Source: Planctomycetota bacterium | GTDB taxonomy: Bacteria; Planctomycetota; SZUA-567; H5-PLA8 | Reading direction: 5' to 3' | Assembly (NCBI GenBank): GCA_037129555.1 | Contig: JBAXUS010000002.1 | Location: forward strand, 15,598 to 79,597 | Length of the DNA: 64,000 bases | In this document: in pieces, positions 44,516 through 53,945 of the stretch | Position numbering within the stretch: position 1 is the first letter of the stretch | Layout: every line of letters starts with the position of its first letter | The notes under the pieces: model-generated | Seen by the model: the letters and a program-made list of their open reading frames with translations, nothing else | Told to the model about the DNA's origin: nothing | Database searches by the model: none | Program-made: the position numbers and the translations under genes

Positions 44516-44919
44516 ATAAGAAGAAGATCTTGATTGTGGACGATGAAGCGGCTTTTACGCGCATGGTCAAGTATGCGCTTGAAAAGACCGGGCGTTACGA
44601 AGTGCGAGAAGAGAATCTTTCTGTTCGTGCTCTCGATGTGGCATTGGAGTTTCAACCGGACCTCGCCATTTTGGACATCATGATGCCGGACATAGACGGC
44701 AGCCAGGTAGCACAATTGTTCAAAACGGACGAGCGGTTGAAAGATACGCCGATCATCTTCATGACCGCCATCATCCCGAAGGAAGAACTCGAATCGGAGG
44801 CCAACCGCAAGTACATTCTGTATCTGCGCAAGCCGGTGACGCTGGTCCAAATTGTTGAGGGCATCGAACAGGCGCTGCTGACGGCCAACACCGACGACGC
44901 TCCGGTCGGGCCGTTTTAA
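44512..44919 (+). CDS. Stand-alone CheY-like response regulator
   Basis: ILIVDDE, DLAILDIMMPDIDG, and K in RKPV. Its start overlaps the kinase stop (ATGA). Confidence 0.85.
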   Translation: MNKKKILIVDDEAAFTRMVKYALEKTGRYEVREENLSVRALDVALEFQPDLAILDIMMPDIDGSQVAQLFKTDERLKDTPIIFMTAIIPKEELESEANRKYILYLRKPVTLVQIVEGIEQALLTANTDDAPVGPF

Positions 44920-45180
44920 TAAAAAACTTACCGCTGTTTCCATTCCTTTGCAATGATCTATGCAACATCGGGTCAGGAATTAAGTGGGGGTAATCCCAAC
45001 CCGTTCCTGGCTCCTGTGTTTGGCGCGACTTGGCAATTGCAACGCTTTTTTTCTGCCACTTGAAAGTTAAGCAACATGGGTTTATAATACATATATGAGC
45101 TTGTCGCGCAAACCCGCCTCTTCATTGGTCACTTGACAGCCGACTATATTGGATCGCGGGGGACATTTCAGGGACGAACG

Positions 45181-45342
45181 ATGAGCTATAATTTCAAGCC
45201 GTGCGACCGGAGTCAAATGCTGTTGCTCCCTCCCAGCCTCGACGAGTGGCTGCCGCGATTCTTGAAGAAATCGGGCACGGGAGAGTCTAATTCTGGTATA
45301 ACTTTCGTCTTGTTATTTGGTTATACATTAGTAAGAAATTAA
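45181..45342 (+). pseudogene. N-terminal fragment of an IS1182/IS5-group transposase gene (remnant)
   Basis: MSYNFKPCDRSQMLLLPPSLDEWLP matches the conserved N-terminus of this transposase group (…FKP..RDQ..LLPPSL.EWLPEDH…). Similarity is lost after about 25 residues and the frame stops after 53 codons. Confidence 0.45.
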
Positions 45343-45588
45343 GCTTTTCCCCATTGCATGAATCCATAGATGTGGTATTAGTAAGAGTGTGAAACGCAAC
45401 AGCTAGATATAATTTCTAAATTGAAGCTTCGTCGGCTGAAATTGTATGGCGATTGTCAAGGGTTTGACATGGTTTATTCTAAAGTGGCAGACTGCCACGT
45501 TGTATTAGATTGCTGATGTCTTCTATCTTTCATTAAGAAACGGCAGTATTTTCAGACGGCATGTTTCAATCGTAAATGAGCAACCGGG

Positions 45589-47793
45589 ATGGGATGGGGA
45601 GCCAACGTGCCTGTTGACGACAGACAACCAGAATCGCATTCCGGGGATCGAGATGCGATCTCGGTTCGCGAAGTACTCCAAGCGCTGAATCGGTATAGAT
45701 GGCTGGGTTTGTTCGTTTTTATTTTGTGCATGACTGCTGTCGTCGTTTATACGTATCAATCTCCATCACTCTACCGCGCAATCTCCAGCGTTCTGGTCGA
45801 ATCTAATACAAAAAACGTCTTTTCGGGCGAATCAGAGGAGCGATCCGCGTCGGTATCCCAAGACCTGACCAAGGTTCAAAAGGCGTTGGCGGAAAGCCGT
45901 CCGGTCATTCTGCGAGCACTTGCCATCAGTGGCCTCAATCGGGAAGAATGCGCGACGATCATGAAGGGCAGCCTGGAGTTGCCCGGAAATTTCGCGGCGC
46001 ATATTGACGGACAATTGCTCTACCTCGAAGTGCTAGATCCAACGCCGAAACAATCCGTCCTGCTCGCCAATTCCTGGGCGCAGGCGTTTGTGGAAACGAT
46101 GGTCAACCGTTCGAAGGACCCCAGTAAATTCGCGAAGGAATTCTTGGAAAAAAACATTCCAGCCTATCAAAAAGATTGGATTGCAAAGCAGAACGCGCTT
46201 AATAAATTCGAATTGGAAACGCGTTTTGATCCCGCCGAATTCGACAAACACCCCCTGCGAAAACGCGTTGAGGATCTGAGCATCAAGCTGAATGCGCTGA
46301 ACATGGAATGCGCCAATTTCGAAGCCGAGCAGGACGTGGTTTCGCGCCCAAATGTTGGAGTGGAGGATTTGATCCGCTTGGCGCGCGCACGGACGGACGT
46401 GGCGTTGATGGGCGTTTTGAAGCAGCTCGAGGACCGCAAATCTAAGCAAATGGATGCGATTGAAAAATTCAAGCGGGAGAGCCTGGATGTGAAATCCATT
46501 CAGGAAAATATCGATAGCATCAAAGCCGAAATCAAGCCGTCGACCGATAGGATTCTGGCAGGGATCAAACTTGATCTGGAAAGAGCGAAGGCGGAGCGCC
46601 AAAAAGTTCAATTGCTGTTCAACAGCGCGGATCAGGAATTTGAAGTCATCAAAACGAATGCGGCACGGCATCGTGTTCTCAGTTCGGAGGCGGCCATGGC
46701 CGAACGGCTCTATTCCGATCTGGCCCAAAGGAAGAGCGTGAACGATTTGTCCGGGCGATACGATTATTCGTATGCCACGCAGTGGGAGCAGGCCGAGGTT
46801 CAGGAAAAGCCGTACAAGCCCCGTTGGCTCATCAATCTCGCCGTCGGTTTCGCGTTCAGTTTTGCTGCGGCATTTGCGGCGATGTATCTTGCCAGTGAAC
46901 TGGACGTCGCCTTAAGAACAAGCCGCGAAATGGAGCAATTGCTGCACGTGCCTGTCGTCGGCACGGTGCCCCATGCCCGATGTTTTTGGGGCACAGTCGA
47001 CAGCTTTAATTTAATCGCAGGCAAATCCGCTGGACCGGCGATCAAGGCGCTGCATAACGTGGTGCTCGGAATCGATCTCAACCACGATTCCAGCCAGCCG
47101 CTCGTCATCACCGTGACCAGCCCCGCGCCGCAGGATGGCAAGTCCTTCGTCGCGTCGGCGCTGGCGGGATTGTTCGCCGCACAGGGACGCCGGGTCTTAC
47201 TTGTCGATGCGGCCCAGGGGAAACGTTCGCTGACGGTTGCTTTGAAACACGAGAGCAAAGCCGGGCTCTTTGACGTGCTCGGTGGAATGGATTGGGCCGG
47301 GGACATACCGCAAGCCGGCGTGTTGCCGGGATTGAAATTCCTGCCGTCCGGTCAGAGTTCGTCGTCGCAATACGCAAGCATGACGGTCGATCACGTAAGA
47401 ACGTGTGTGCAGCGCTTGAGGAAGGAGTATGACGTCGTCGTTTTCGATGCGCCACCCATACTCGCTTTTTCGGAAGCCGCCTTATTCGCGCAATGCAGTG
47501 ACGTGACCATTCTTTTGGCGCGGAGTCGCAAGACTCTTCCGTCCCAAATTGAACGCGCGGCGGCGCTGCTGCAATCCGCCCGCGTGGATGCAATTCACTG
47601 CGTCGTCAACGACGTGCGATCATCAGATGCGGCCAGGGATATCCCCCGGGATAACAGTTACATGACAACTCGTCCCGATCATCGCGGGCTCCTTCAGAAA
47701 GTTCCGAAGGATCAGGCCAAAGACCCACGGAAAGAAGACGGCAACATAGCTCGGAGGGCTGGCGGCAATGCAGCTTCTTCCGGACCGGTTTAG
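45589..47793 (+). CDS. Polysaccharide co-polymerase/tyrosine-kinase-like protein (Wzc/GumC/EpsG family)
   Basis: N-terminal TM, Wzz-like periplasmic coiled-coil region, second TM, then a P-loop domain (VITVTSPAPQDGKSFVASALA…VVVFDAPPIL). No Tyr-rich C-terminal tail. Confidence 0.75.
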   Translation: MGWGANVPVDDRQPESHSGDRDAISVREVLQALNRYRWLGLFVFILCMTAVVVYTYQSPSLYRAISSVLVESNTKNVFSGESEERSASVSQDLTKVQKALAESRPVILRALAISGLNREECATIMKGSLELPGNFAAHIDGQLLYLEVLDPTPKQSVLLANSWAQAFVETMVNRSKDPSKFAKEFLEKNIPAYQKDWIAKQNALNKFELETRFDPAEFDKHPLRKRVEDLSIKLNALNMECANFEAEQDVVSRPNVGVEDLIRLARARTDVALMGVLKQLEDRKSKQMDAIEKFKRESLDVKSIQENIDSIKAEIKPSTDRILAGIKLDLERAKAERQKVQLLFNSADQEFEVIKTNAARHRVLSSEAAMAERLYSDLAQRKSVNDLSGRYDYSYATQWEQAEVQEKPYKPRWLINLAVGFAFSFAAAFAAMYLASELDVALRTSREMEQLLHVPVVGTVPHARCFWGTVDSFNLIAGKSAGPAIKALHNVVLGIDLNHDSSQPLVITVTSPAPQDGKSFVASALAGLFAAQGRRVLLVDAAQGKRSLTVALKHESKAGLFDVLGGMDWAGDIPQAGVLPGLKFLPSGQSSSSQYASMTVDHVRTCVQRLRKEYDVVVFDAPPILAFSEAALFAQCSDVTILLARSRKTLPSQIERAAALLQSARVDAIHCVVNDVRSSDAARDIPRDNSYMTTRPDHRGLLQKVPKDQAKDPRKEDGNIARRAGGNAASSGPV

Positions 47794-49054
47794 AATCTGT
47801 TTAGGAACGATAGTGATGATTCTAGTGGGAACACTTTGTGCTGAAGAAGCCGTGCCGGACGATCCGCCTTTTCAAGCGCTTTCGCCTGATACCGCACGCC
47901 GCGCCATACTGCTCGATCTCGAAGCCTCAGAACCGGATAGGCCTCCCGATGGTATAGTCGTAGGAAAGGCGCACGTGCTGCCCAGATTCGACGAGACGAT
48001 GACCTTCAGCGACAATTCGCAGCGTCGCACCCAGGACAAAGTGACGGATTTCATCTCAACATCGACCGCCACATGGGGGCTGAACTACAAGCCAAGTTCG
48101 ACCTTAACTTTCGACTTCTCGGCTGCGCTGGGCTGGACCGCATACGTTAACAAAACGGAGCGCGACCATCAGACTTACAACGTGACGACGTCGGTCAGCC
48201 TTCGCGATTTCCTGATAAAAGGTTTGGAATTTGGTGTTTCAGAGCATTATTATCAGTCGGGCACGAGCGATCTTCTGGATAATGAATTCATTGAATTCAA
48301 CAAGTATGAAACCAACGATGCGCGGTTTCTGACGCGCTACGCATTCAACCGGTTCACGATCACAGCCTCGGCGAAAGAAAGCATTGCGCACTATTTTTCA
48401 CCGAAGACTTTAATCTATGATTTCACGACCGATACGCTGGATTTGGAGGGCGCGTATACTTTAGTCCCCGAGCGATTTGTGCTCTTTGGCGATCTGCAAC
48501 ATTCGTGGTGTCGGAAACCGTTTGACAGAGGGAATGACTTTACGGATATGTCCGTAAAGACCGGTGTTCGCGGAACGTATGAAAAACTGAATTATTCTGT
48601 GGCTGTGGGTTTCGATGATGCCAGCCTGACCCACGCGCCGAAAACAACCCATAACCGTTCGCAAGGTCCGGGGTTCCTCGCGCTAATTGCGTATCAGCCG
48701 CAATCGCGCTTGGGGATGAGTCTGTACGCGGAACGCCGTTATTTTCCCAGTCCGTTCACTCGGTTTTCAACGGAGACGAATGCGCGGGCGGCGACCGTGT
48801 TTAGCGTCACGAAGAACACCCACTTCAATTTCGACGTGATCCGCAACGAGAATCAGGTGCTGCGCAGCACGAATGTCGTGCGGTCGGGAGTGAGGGCTGG
48901 CATCGATTGGAAATTGAATAAACCCGTGGTGTTGACAGTGGGCGTTTCGCATATTGCCGTGGACAGAACAGATCCGGCTTACAACACAACGCCCGAAAAG
49001 CATTCGCGTACGGTCGTCAACGAATATTTTGTGGGGTTTCGATTAGGATGGTAG
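47768..49054 (+). CDS. Putative outer-membrane beta-barrel protein of the EPS locus
   Basis: Signal peptide and an alternating amphipathic beta-strand pattern ending in an aromatic residue (…FRLGW). Positioned between wzc and wza as in many EPS clusters. Confidence 0.45.
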   Translation: MQLLPDRFRICLGTIVMILVGTLCAEEAVPDDPPFQALSPDTARRAILLDLEASEPDRPPDGIVVGKAHVLPRFDETMTFSDNSQRRTQDKVTDFISTSTATWGLNYKPSSTLTFDFSAALGWTAYVNKTERDHQTYNVTTSVSLRDFLIKGLEFGVSEHYYQSGTSDLLDNEFIEFNKYETNDARFLTRYAFNRFTITASAKESIAHYFSPKTLIYDFTTDTLDLEGAYTLVPERFVLFGDLQHSWCRKPFDRGNDFTDMSVKTGVRGTYEKLNYSVAVGFDDASLTHAPKTTHNRSQGPGFLALIAYQPQSRLGMSLYAERRYFPSPFTRFSTETNARAATVFSVTKNTHFNFDVIRNENQVLRSTNVVRSGVRAGIDWKLNKPVVLTVGVSHIAVDRTDPAYNTTPEKHSRTVVNEYFVGFRLGW

Positions 49055-50223
49055 GCAGAATGTATTCACTGTTTGGCTGCACGTGGGCCGTGGGTGTTTG
49101 CCTGATGGCAAGCACGCTGTTTTCTCGTGGAGCAGAAAACAGCCCGCCCCCTTATCGCTTTGGCGGCGGCGAACGGATCAAGATTGTCGTGCCTGGCGTG
49201 GACAGTCTCGAGCAGGTGGTATCGGAAGACGGGTACATCGCACTGCCTTTGGGCGGCTTGATCAATATCCGGGGCAAAACATTTCCAGAAGCCCAGGCTG
49301 CGGCGTTGCAAGGCATGGCGGTGAACTCCGACAACCGCAAGCTTTCCGTTGCGCTGGCGATTCTGGAACGGCCGGTTCGATTTGTCTCGATCAGCGGCGA
49401 GGTCAAGAAACCGCAAATGATGCCGATCAACCCCGGCGCACCAATGCCCCTTGTCAGCGTTCTGGCTGGTGCGGAGGGTGGAACGTCTGAAGCGGATTTA
49501 TCCCGGGTCAAAGTCATTCGAACATCATCGGACGGTACGCGCCAAACGATTGTTTACGACGCGTCGAAACTCACCCGGGGTGGCGACGGAAATGAAACGT
49601 CCGACATCGGTCCGGACATTCTACCCGGCGACGTGGTGGTAGTGCCGCGCGGCGAGGTCTACATCTTAGCAGGCGACGTCGCTAAGCCCGGTGTTTTCTC
49701 ACGCAAGGATTTTCTACTGAATCCCGGCGAACCGGCGCGCGTTTCACGTGTGCTTTTTGCCGGTGGCGGCTTGCGGGTCAGTGCCAACCGTCGGGAGTTG
49801 AAAGTCATCCGCACGCGACCCGATGGCAGCAAGGAAGTCATACCTGTGGTGCTTGCGGATGCGCTGAAGGCACCCGGTGCCGTGCAGAAGGGAGTAGAGG
49901 TTTCAGGCGTTTCCGACCCAATTCTCCACGATGGCGACATGCTTTACGCGCCCGCTACCGGCGGCGTGGCGATCTACGGAAAAGTGCGACTGTCTGGCGT
50001 TTATCCGACTGGCGGCGAACATATGAAATTGACCCGGCTGATCGCTCTGGCCGGCGGATTTCTCGACCACGCAAAAACCTCGTCGGTCACGGTGGTGCGC
50101 GCGAGCAATCCGACCCGTCCGCAGCGCGTCGACGTGTCTTCGGTGACCAAGGAAGGCAATGTCGAGCAGGATTTGGAATTGGACGACGGGGACTTGGTGT
50201 TTGTCAGCGAGCGGTTGTTATAA
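49048..50223 (+). CDS. Polysaccharide export protein, Wza/KpsD family (Poly_export + SLBB)
   Basis: Signal peptide, PGDVVVVP…YILAGDVAKPGVF motifs, and soluble-ligand-binding beta-grasp repeats. Confidence 0.8.
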   Translation: MVGRMYSLFGCTWAVGVCLMASTLFSRGAENSPPPYRFGGGERIKIVVPGVDSLEQVVSEDGYIALPLGGLINIRGKTFPEAQAAALQGMAVNSDNRKLSVALAILERPVRFVSISGEVKKPQMMPINPGAPMPLVSVLAGAEGGTSEADLSRVKVIRTSSDGTRQTIVYDASKLTRGGDGNETSDIGPDILPGDVVVVPRGEVYILAGDVAKPGVFSRKDFLLNPGEPARVSRVLFAGGGLRVSANRRELKVIRTRPDGSKEVIPVVLADALKAPGAVQKGVEVSGVSDPILHDGDMLYAPATGGVAIYGKVRLSGVYPTGGEHMKLTRLIALAGGFLDHAKTSSVTVVRASNPTRPQRVDVSSVTKEGNVEQDLELDDGDLVFVSERLL

Positions 50224-50276
50224 GAGCGGTAAGCGCCGGTTGTGTGCGTCCGAGCTGAAGAGATTCGAGATCCGTC

Positions 50277-51650
50277 ATGGCTGCACACACCATTGGGAAG
50301 CGTATCTATAATAATTTCCTGGCCAACGTTGCCGGGCAGGGCATAAACGTCGTTCAACAAATATTGATGATTCCACTTTTCACGTCCATATGGGGCGTGC
50401 AAATATATGGCGAGTGGATGGTGATCTCGACGGTCCCAAATTATCTGGGCATGTGCGATTTCGGTCTCGGTCGCGCGGCTGCGACCAAATTGGCGCTGCT
50501 TGCGGGCGCAAACAACCGGCAGGAAGCCAATGAAATATACAATACAACCGTTGCGGGCATGGTTGCATTTTGCGGACTTATTGCGCTCTTGGCCCTGCCT
50601 TTTTGCGCGTTTGCGCCTCTGAGTGCCTGGTTTAATTTGACGCAAATCACGCCGCGCGAAATCCAGATTACAATGGTCTTACTGGTTTGGAGCGTGGTCG
50701 TTCAGTTGGCTTTTTATGGAGTGTTGGCGATTTTCTGCTGGGATGGACTCCAAGCCTTCGGCTCCATGTTAGGCACTGCCCAACGCGGGTGTGAAGCGGC
50801 CGCTTGCGTGGCCATGCTGTTGTGGCGGCAGCCTCCGTGGGTCTTGGCACTGACGATCGTCGTGGTGCGCCTGTTGTCTCTGATAGTCGTGGTTGTCTGC
50901 ATTCGAATCAAACTCCCGTGGGTCAAGGCAGGCTGGAGCCTGATCAAATGGCGCAATCTCAAAGGGCTCGTTTCGGCCTCGGTCGGCAACATGCTGTTTC
51001 CCTTCGCCATGTCCATTAATTTGCAAGGAATGATCGTCGTCGTAAATATCATGTTTGGGCCCGCAAGCGTTGTCGTGTTCACGACCACGCGCGTCATTAC
51101 ACGCGCGTTATTGCAGTGGTCCGAAACGATCAAGCGAGCGGTCCGGGCGGAGATTTCGATGGCTTATGGCAACGGCAATCTTCCCTTGGCGGCGAGCTTG
51201 TATAAGAAATCCTGCCGCCTGGGATTCTGGTCGTTACTCGCATGGTCCGCGGTGCTTTGTCTGTCGGCACCAACACTGTTCCGAATCTTGGTACGAGGAA
51301 AGGTCGAACACAAACCGGTATTCGATGAAGCACTGTTTTACTCGCTCCTTGCGGTGGTGATGTTCAATTCGTTCTGGCTGCTCGGCGCACTGGTCCTTGA
51401 GGCGACGAATCGAGTCATCGAATTCTCACTGGCCTATCTGGTGGTGTCCGCTTTTTCCGTGGTCTTATCCTATGTGCTCATGCGCAATTTTGGTTTTAAG
51501 GCGGCGGCGTACGGCTCACTCATTGGCGATGCCATCATGATCTATATTGCGTTGAACAAGTCGATGCGGATGCTCGGTGAGGGGAGCAGCGCATTTTTGC
51601 GCTTTGTGTTCCTGCCGTGGGGTGCGCGGCTGCCGTCGTCGGCGGCTTGA
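50277..51650 (+). CDS. Oligosaccharide flippase (Wzx/MOP family)
   Basis: 12-14 TM polytopic protein with Wzx-like N-terminus (…LANVAGQGINVVQQILMIPLFTSIWGVQIYGEWMV…). Confidence 0.75.
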   Translation: MAAHTIGKRIYNNFLANVAGQGINVVQQILMIPLFTSIWGVQIYGEWMVISTVPNYLGMCDFGLGRAAATKLALLAGANNRQEANEIYNTTVAGMVAFCGLIALLALPFCAFAPLSAWFNLTQITPREIQITMVLLVWSVVVQLAFYGVLAIFCWDGLQAFGSMLGTAQRGCEAAACVAMLLWRQPPWVLALTIVVVRLLSLIVVVVCIRIKLPWVKAGWSLIKWRNLKGLVSASVGNMLFPFAMSINLQGMIVVVNIMFGPASVVVFTTTRVITRALLQWSETIKRAVRAEISMAYGNGNLPLAASLYKKSCRLGFWSLLAWSAVLCLSAPTLFRILVRGKVEHKPVFDEALFYSLLAVVMFNSFWLLGALVLEATNRVIEFSLAYLVVSAFSVVLSYVLMRNFGFKAAAYGSLIGDAIMIYIALNKSMRMLGEGSSAFLRFVFLPWGARLPSSAA

Positions 51651-51651
51651 A

Positions 51652-52575
51652 ATGACAAAGCCCAATGGGATAATTGACGCCGTGCCAAGCCGCGCTGCCA
51701 TCATCATTGCAACCAAGAGCCGCCCCGGACTGGTTTCACTCATGCTCGGGCAGCTTGAAGCACAAACGGTCCGGCCGGCCAAGGTTATCTATTCGGCCCA
51801 CGAAGACGCCGATATTGGCGCGCGGCCAGATTGTACCCTGCCGGTCGAGTATGTATTCGGCCCTCCGGGAATCTCGACCCAGCGAAATGCGGCACTTCAG
51901 CGGCTCGGGGACGACATTGATACGGTGGTTTTTTTCGACGATGACTTCGTGCCGTCGCGATTCTGGGTTGAGCGTGTTTTGGCGATTTTTGAACGTTCGG
52001 ATGTCGTGGCGGCATCGGGCCACGTCGTGTGGGATGGCGCGCAATCAGAAGGCATGACATGGAATGCTGGAGCGGAATTAGTATCGACGCAGGATGCGGC
52101 TGTTACCGCCGGCGCGGAGTCCAAATCGGATCTGCGTGAAAACGCGACGCTATATGGTTGCAATATGGCCGCACGGCGCTCGGCTTTGAAAGATATTTGC
52201 TTCGATGAAAGGCTCGTTCTATATTCATGGATGGAGGATCTGGACCTGTCGATTCGGTTGGCCAGGACTGGCAAAGTTGTCTGGTCCAGTGGCCTTTGGG
52301 GGGCGCACATGGGAATCAAAAGTGGGCGTACGCCCGGCATGCAGTTGGGATATTCTCAACTCGTCAATCCGTGGTATCTTTATAAAAAAGGTACGCTGTC
52401 CCGAGCACAAGCCATCAGCAGCATGATAAGACCCTTGGCGGCCAACGCCATGAAGTCATTTTTTCCGGAGGAATACATTGACCGTCGCGGGAGGCTGAAA
52501 GGCAACTTGCTCGGACTTTGGGAGCTCATTCGGTATCGTGAGGATTGCAGGCCTGAATACGCTGCAAGTCTATAA
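51652..52575 (+). CDS. Glycosyltransferase family 2
   Basis: GT-A fold with AAIIIATKSRP and DDDF(V) motifs. Start at the ATG at 51652, directly after the wzx stop. Confidence 0.7.
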   Translation: MTKPNGIIDAVPSRAAIIIATKSRPGLVSLMLGQLEAQTVRPAKVIYSAHEDADIGARPDCTLPVEYVFGPPGISTQRNAALQRLGDDIDTVVFFDDDFVPSRFWVERVLAIFERSDVVAASGHVVWDGAQSEGMTWNAGAELVSTQDAAVTAGAESKSDLRENATLYGCNMAARRSALKDICFDERLVLYSWMEDLDLSIRLARTGKVVWSSGLWGAHMGIKSGRTPGMQLGYSQLVNPWYLYKKGTLSRAQAISSMIRPLAANAMKSFFPEEYIDRRGRLKGNLLGLWELIRYREDCRPEYAASL

Positions 52576-52620
52576 ATAGAATATCGTTTTCCGCGCCGTT
52601 CCATATTAGGATTTGCACTA

Positions 52621-53925
52621 ATGCCCTACTATCCACTGTTGCTTCACTGCCTGACCGTGGGCACCATCCTGTTCATGGTGGTGATGTTATTGGCCCGGTT
52701 CGGGCTCTTTTCTCCGGACAGGACGGGTTTCTGGATTTTACTGGCGCTCACAATTTCGCTGTTGATCAATCCGACTGTGACATTGATTGCATCCGATTAC
52801 AGTGTTTACGAGCACTATACCCGTGGCACTGTCGTGAACGAAACCCTAATATATTGGGTGCTGCTTATGTCTGTCATGGGCATAGTCGCTTTTTATTCTT
52901 CTTATTTGATGACCCGGCCATTCAATAATCAATTTGAAAATGTACCCCAATCGCATGTTGTACTTATCGTCGTGTTATTACTGTTCATGGCGGTGGGCTG
53001 GAACGCTATCCTGAGGTATCGAATTGCAGAGGATTCCCAACGCGCGTTGGTCAATGGCAAGTTCTCGGGCAATACGACGGGGTGGCAGACGGAAACACAT
53101 AGCTTTGTGATCTTTCCCTGCCTGCTTCTGATGGCGATGAAGCGCTATCGAATTCCGGGGTTGATTTTGAGTCTGGCCTATATCGCCGTGCGCTTGTATG
53201 ACAGGAGTGACCGCTTCAGCTTGGTCGCATTTCTCATGGCCGGGTTTTTATATCATATGATCAAACGCGGTCGACGCTGGCCAAGTGCGCTGCATTGTTC
53301 GTTGGCGGCGGCCCTGCTTATATTCCTGGTATTCCGTGGCCATGGCCGCACCGAAAGTTTAAACCGCTCGGACCTCAACCTGTCAAAAGTGGTGGGAACG
53401 GCCTTCGTCAATCTGGGTACAGGGCCGGACACGTCGATGCTTCCGACATTTTACCGCGAATCCGACCTCATCGAGCAAAACGGTTTTACCTATGGAACAA
53501 CGTTTCTCCAAGAGATCTTTTTGGCACCGTTGCCCAGGGCCATTTTTCCCTGGAAAGACGACGTCTTCGCGTTCATTCCCGGCGTTCGATATCGGAATGA
53601 ATTCCTGAACACGGATGTCTATTTTGCGAAGTCCACTATTATCTGCGCGTTCTATGGGTATGGCGGAGTACTGGGCGTCTTAATCGGCATGGCCGGCTTG
53701 GGCTGGCTGATGCGGAAACTGGACGGGCTTTTAAAGAGTGAAACACCGGTTATTCCCCTGGTGTGGGCCGTAATGGTGCTCGCAACCATTTGGATGGGTT
53801 CATTGGGAACCGTGGAGTGGTGGTATAAGGTGATCATGATGTTTTCGTTGCCTATGTTCACGCTTCTTGTGGTGAATCGGCTTGTGGCCGGATTCGTTCG
53901 ACGGCGAGTTACTCCGGCGGCGTAG
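52621..53925 (+). CDS. O-antigen/EPS polymerase-like membrane protein (Wzy-like)
   Basis: Polytopic membrane protein with 10-12 TM segments and a large periplasmic loop. Sits in the canonical position among the glycosyltransferases. Confidence 0.55.
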   Translation: MPYYPLLLHCLTVGTILFMVVMLLARFGLFSPDRTGFWILLALTISLLINPTVTLIASDYSVYEHYTRGTVVNETLIYWVLLMSVMGIVAFYSSYLMTRPFNNQFENVPQSHVVLIVVLLLFMAVGWNAILRYRIAEDSQRALVNGKFSGNTTGWQTETHSFVIFPCLLLMAMKRYRIPGLILSLAYIAVRLYDRSDRFSLVAFLMAGFLYHMIKRGRRWPSALHCSLAAALLIFLVFRGHGRTESLNRSDLNLSKVVGTAFVNLGTGPDTSMLPTFYRESDLIEQNGFTYGTTFLQEIFLAPLPRAIFPWKDDVFAFIPGVRYRNEFLNTDVYFAKSTIICAFYGYGGVLGVLIGMAGLGWLMRKLDGLLKSETPVIPLVWAVMVLATIWMGSLGTVEWWYKVIMMFSLPMFTLLVVNRLVAGFVRRRVTPAA

Positions 53926-53945
53926 AGAATAGGGACGTTGACGAC

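Noticed and set aside
45484-45510. TGGCAGACTGCCACGTTG upstream of wzc as a sigma-54 promoter
   Set aside because: The -12 position reads CACG rather than TTGC. Better explained as a 15-bp palindromic operator.
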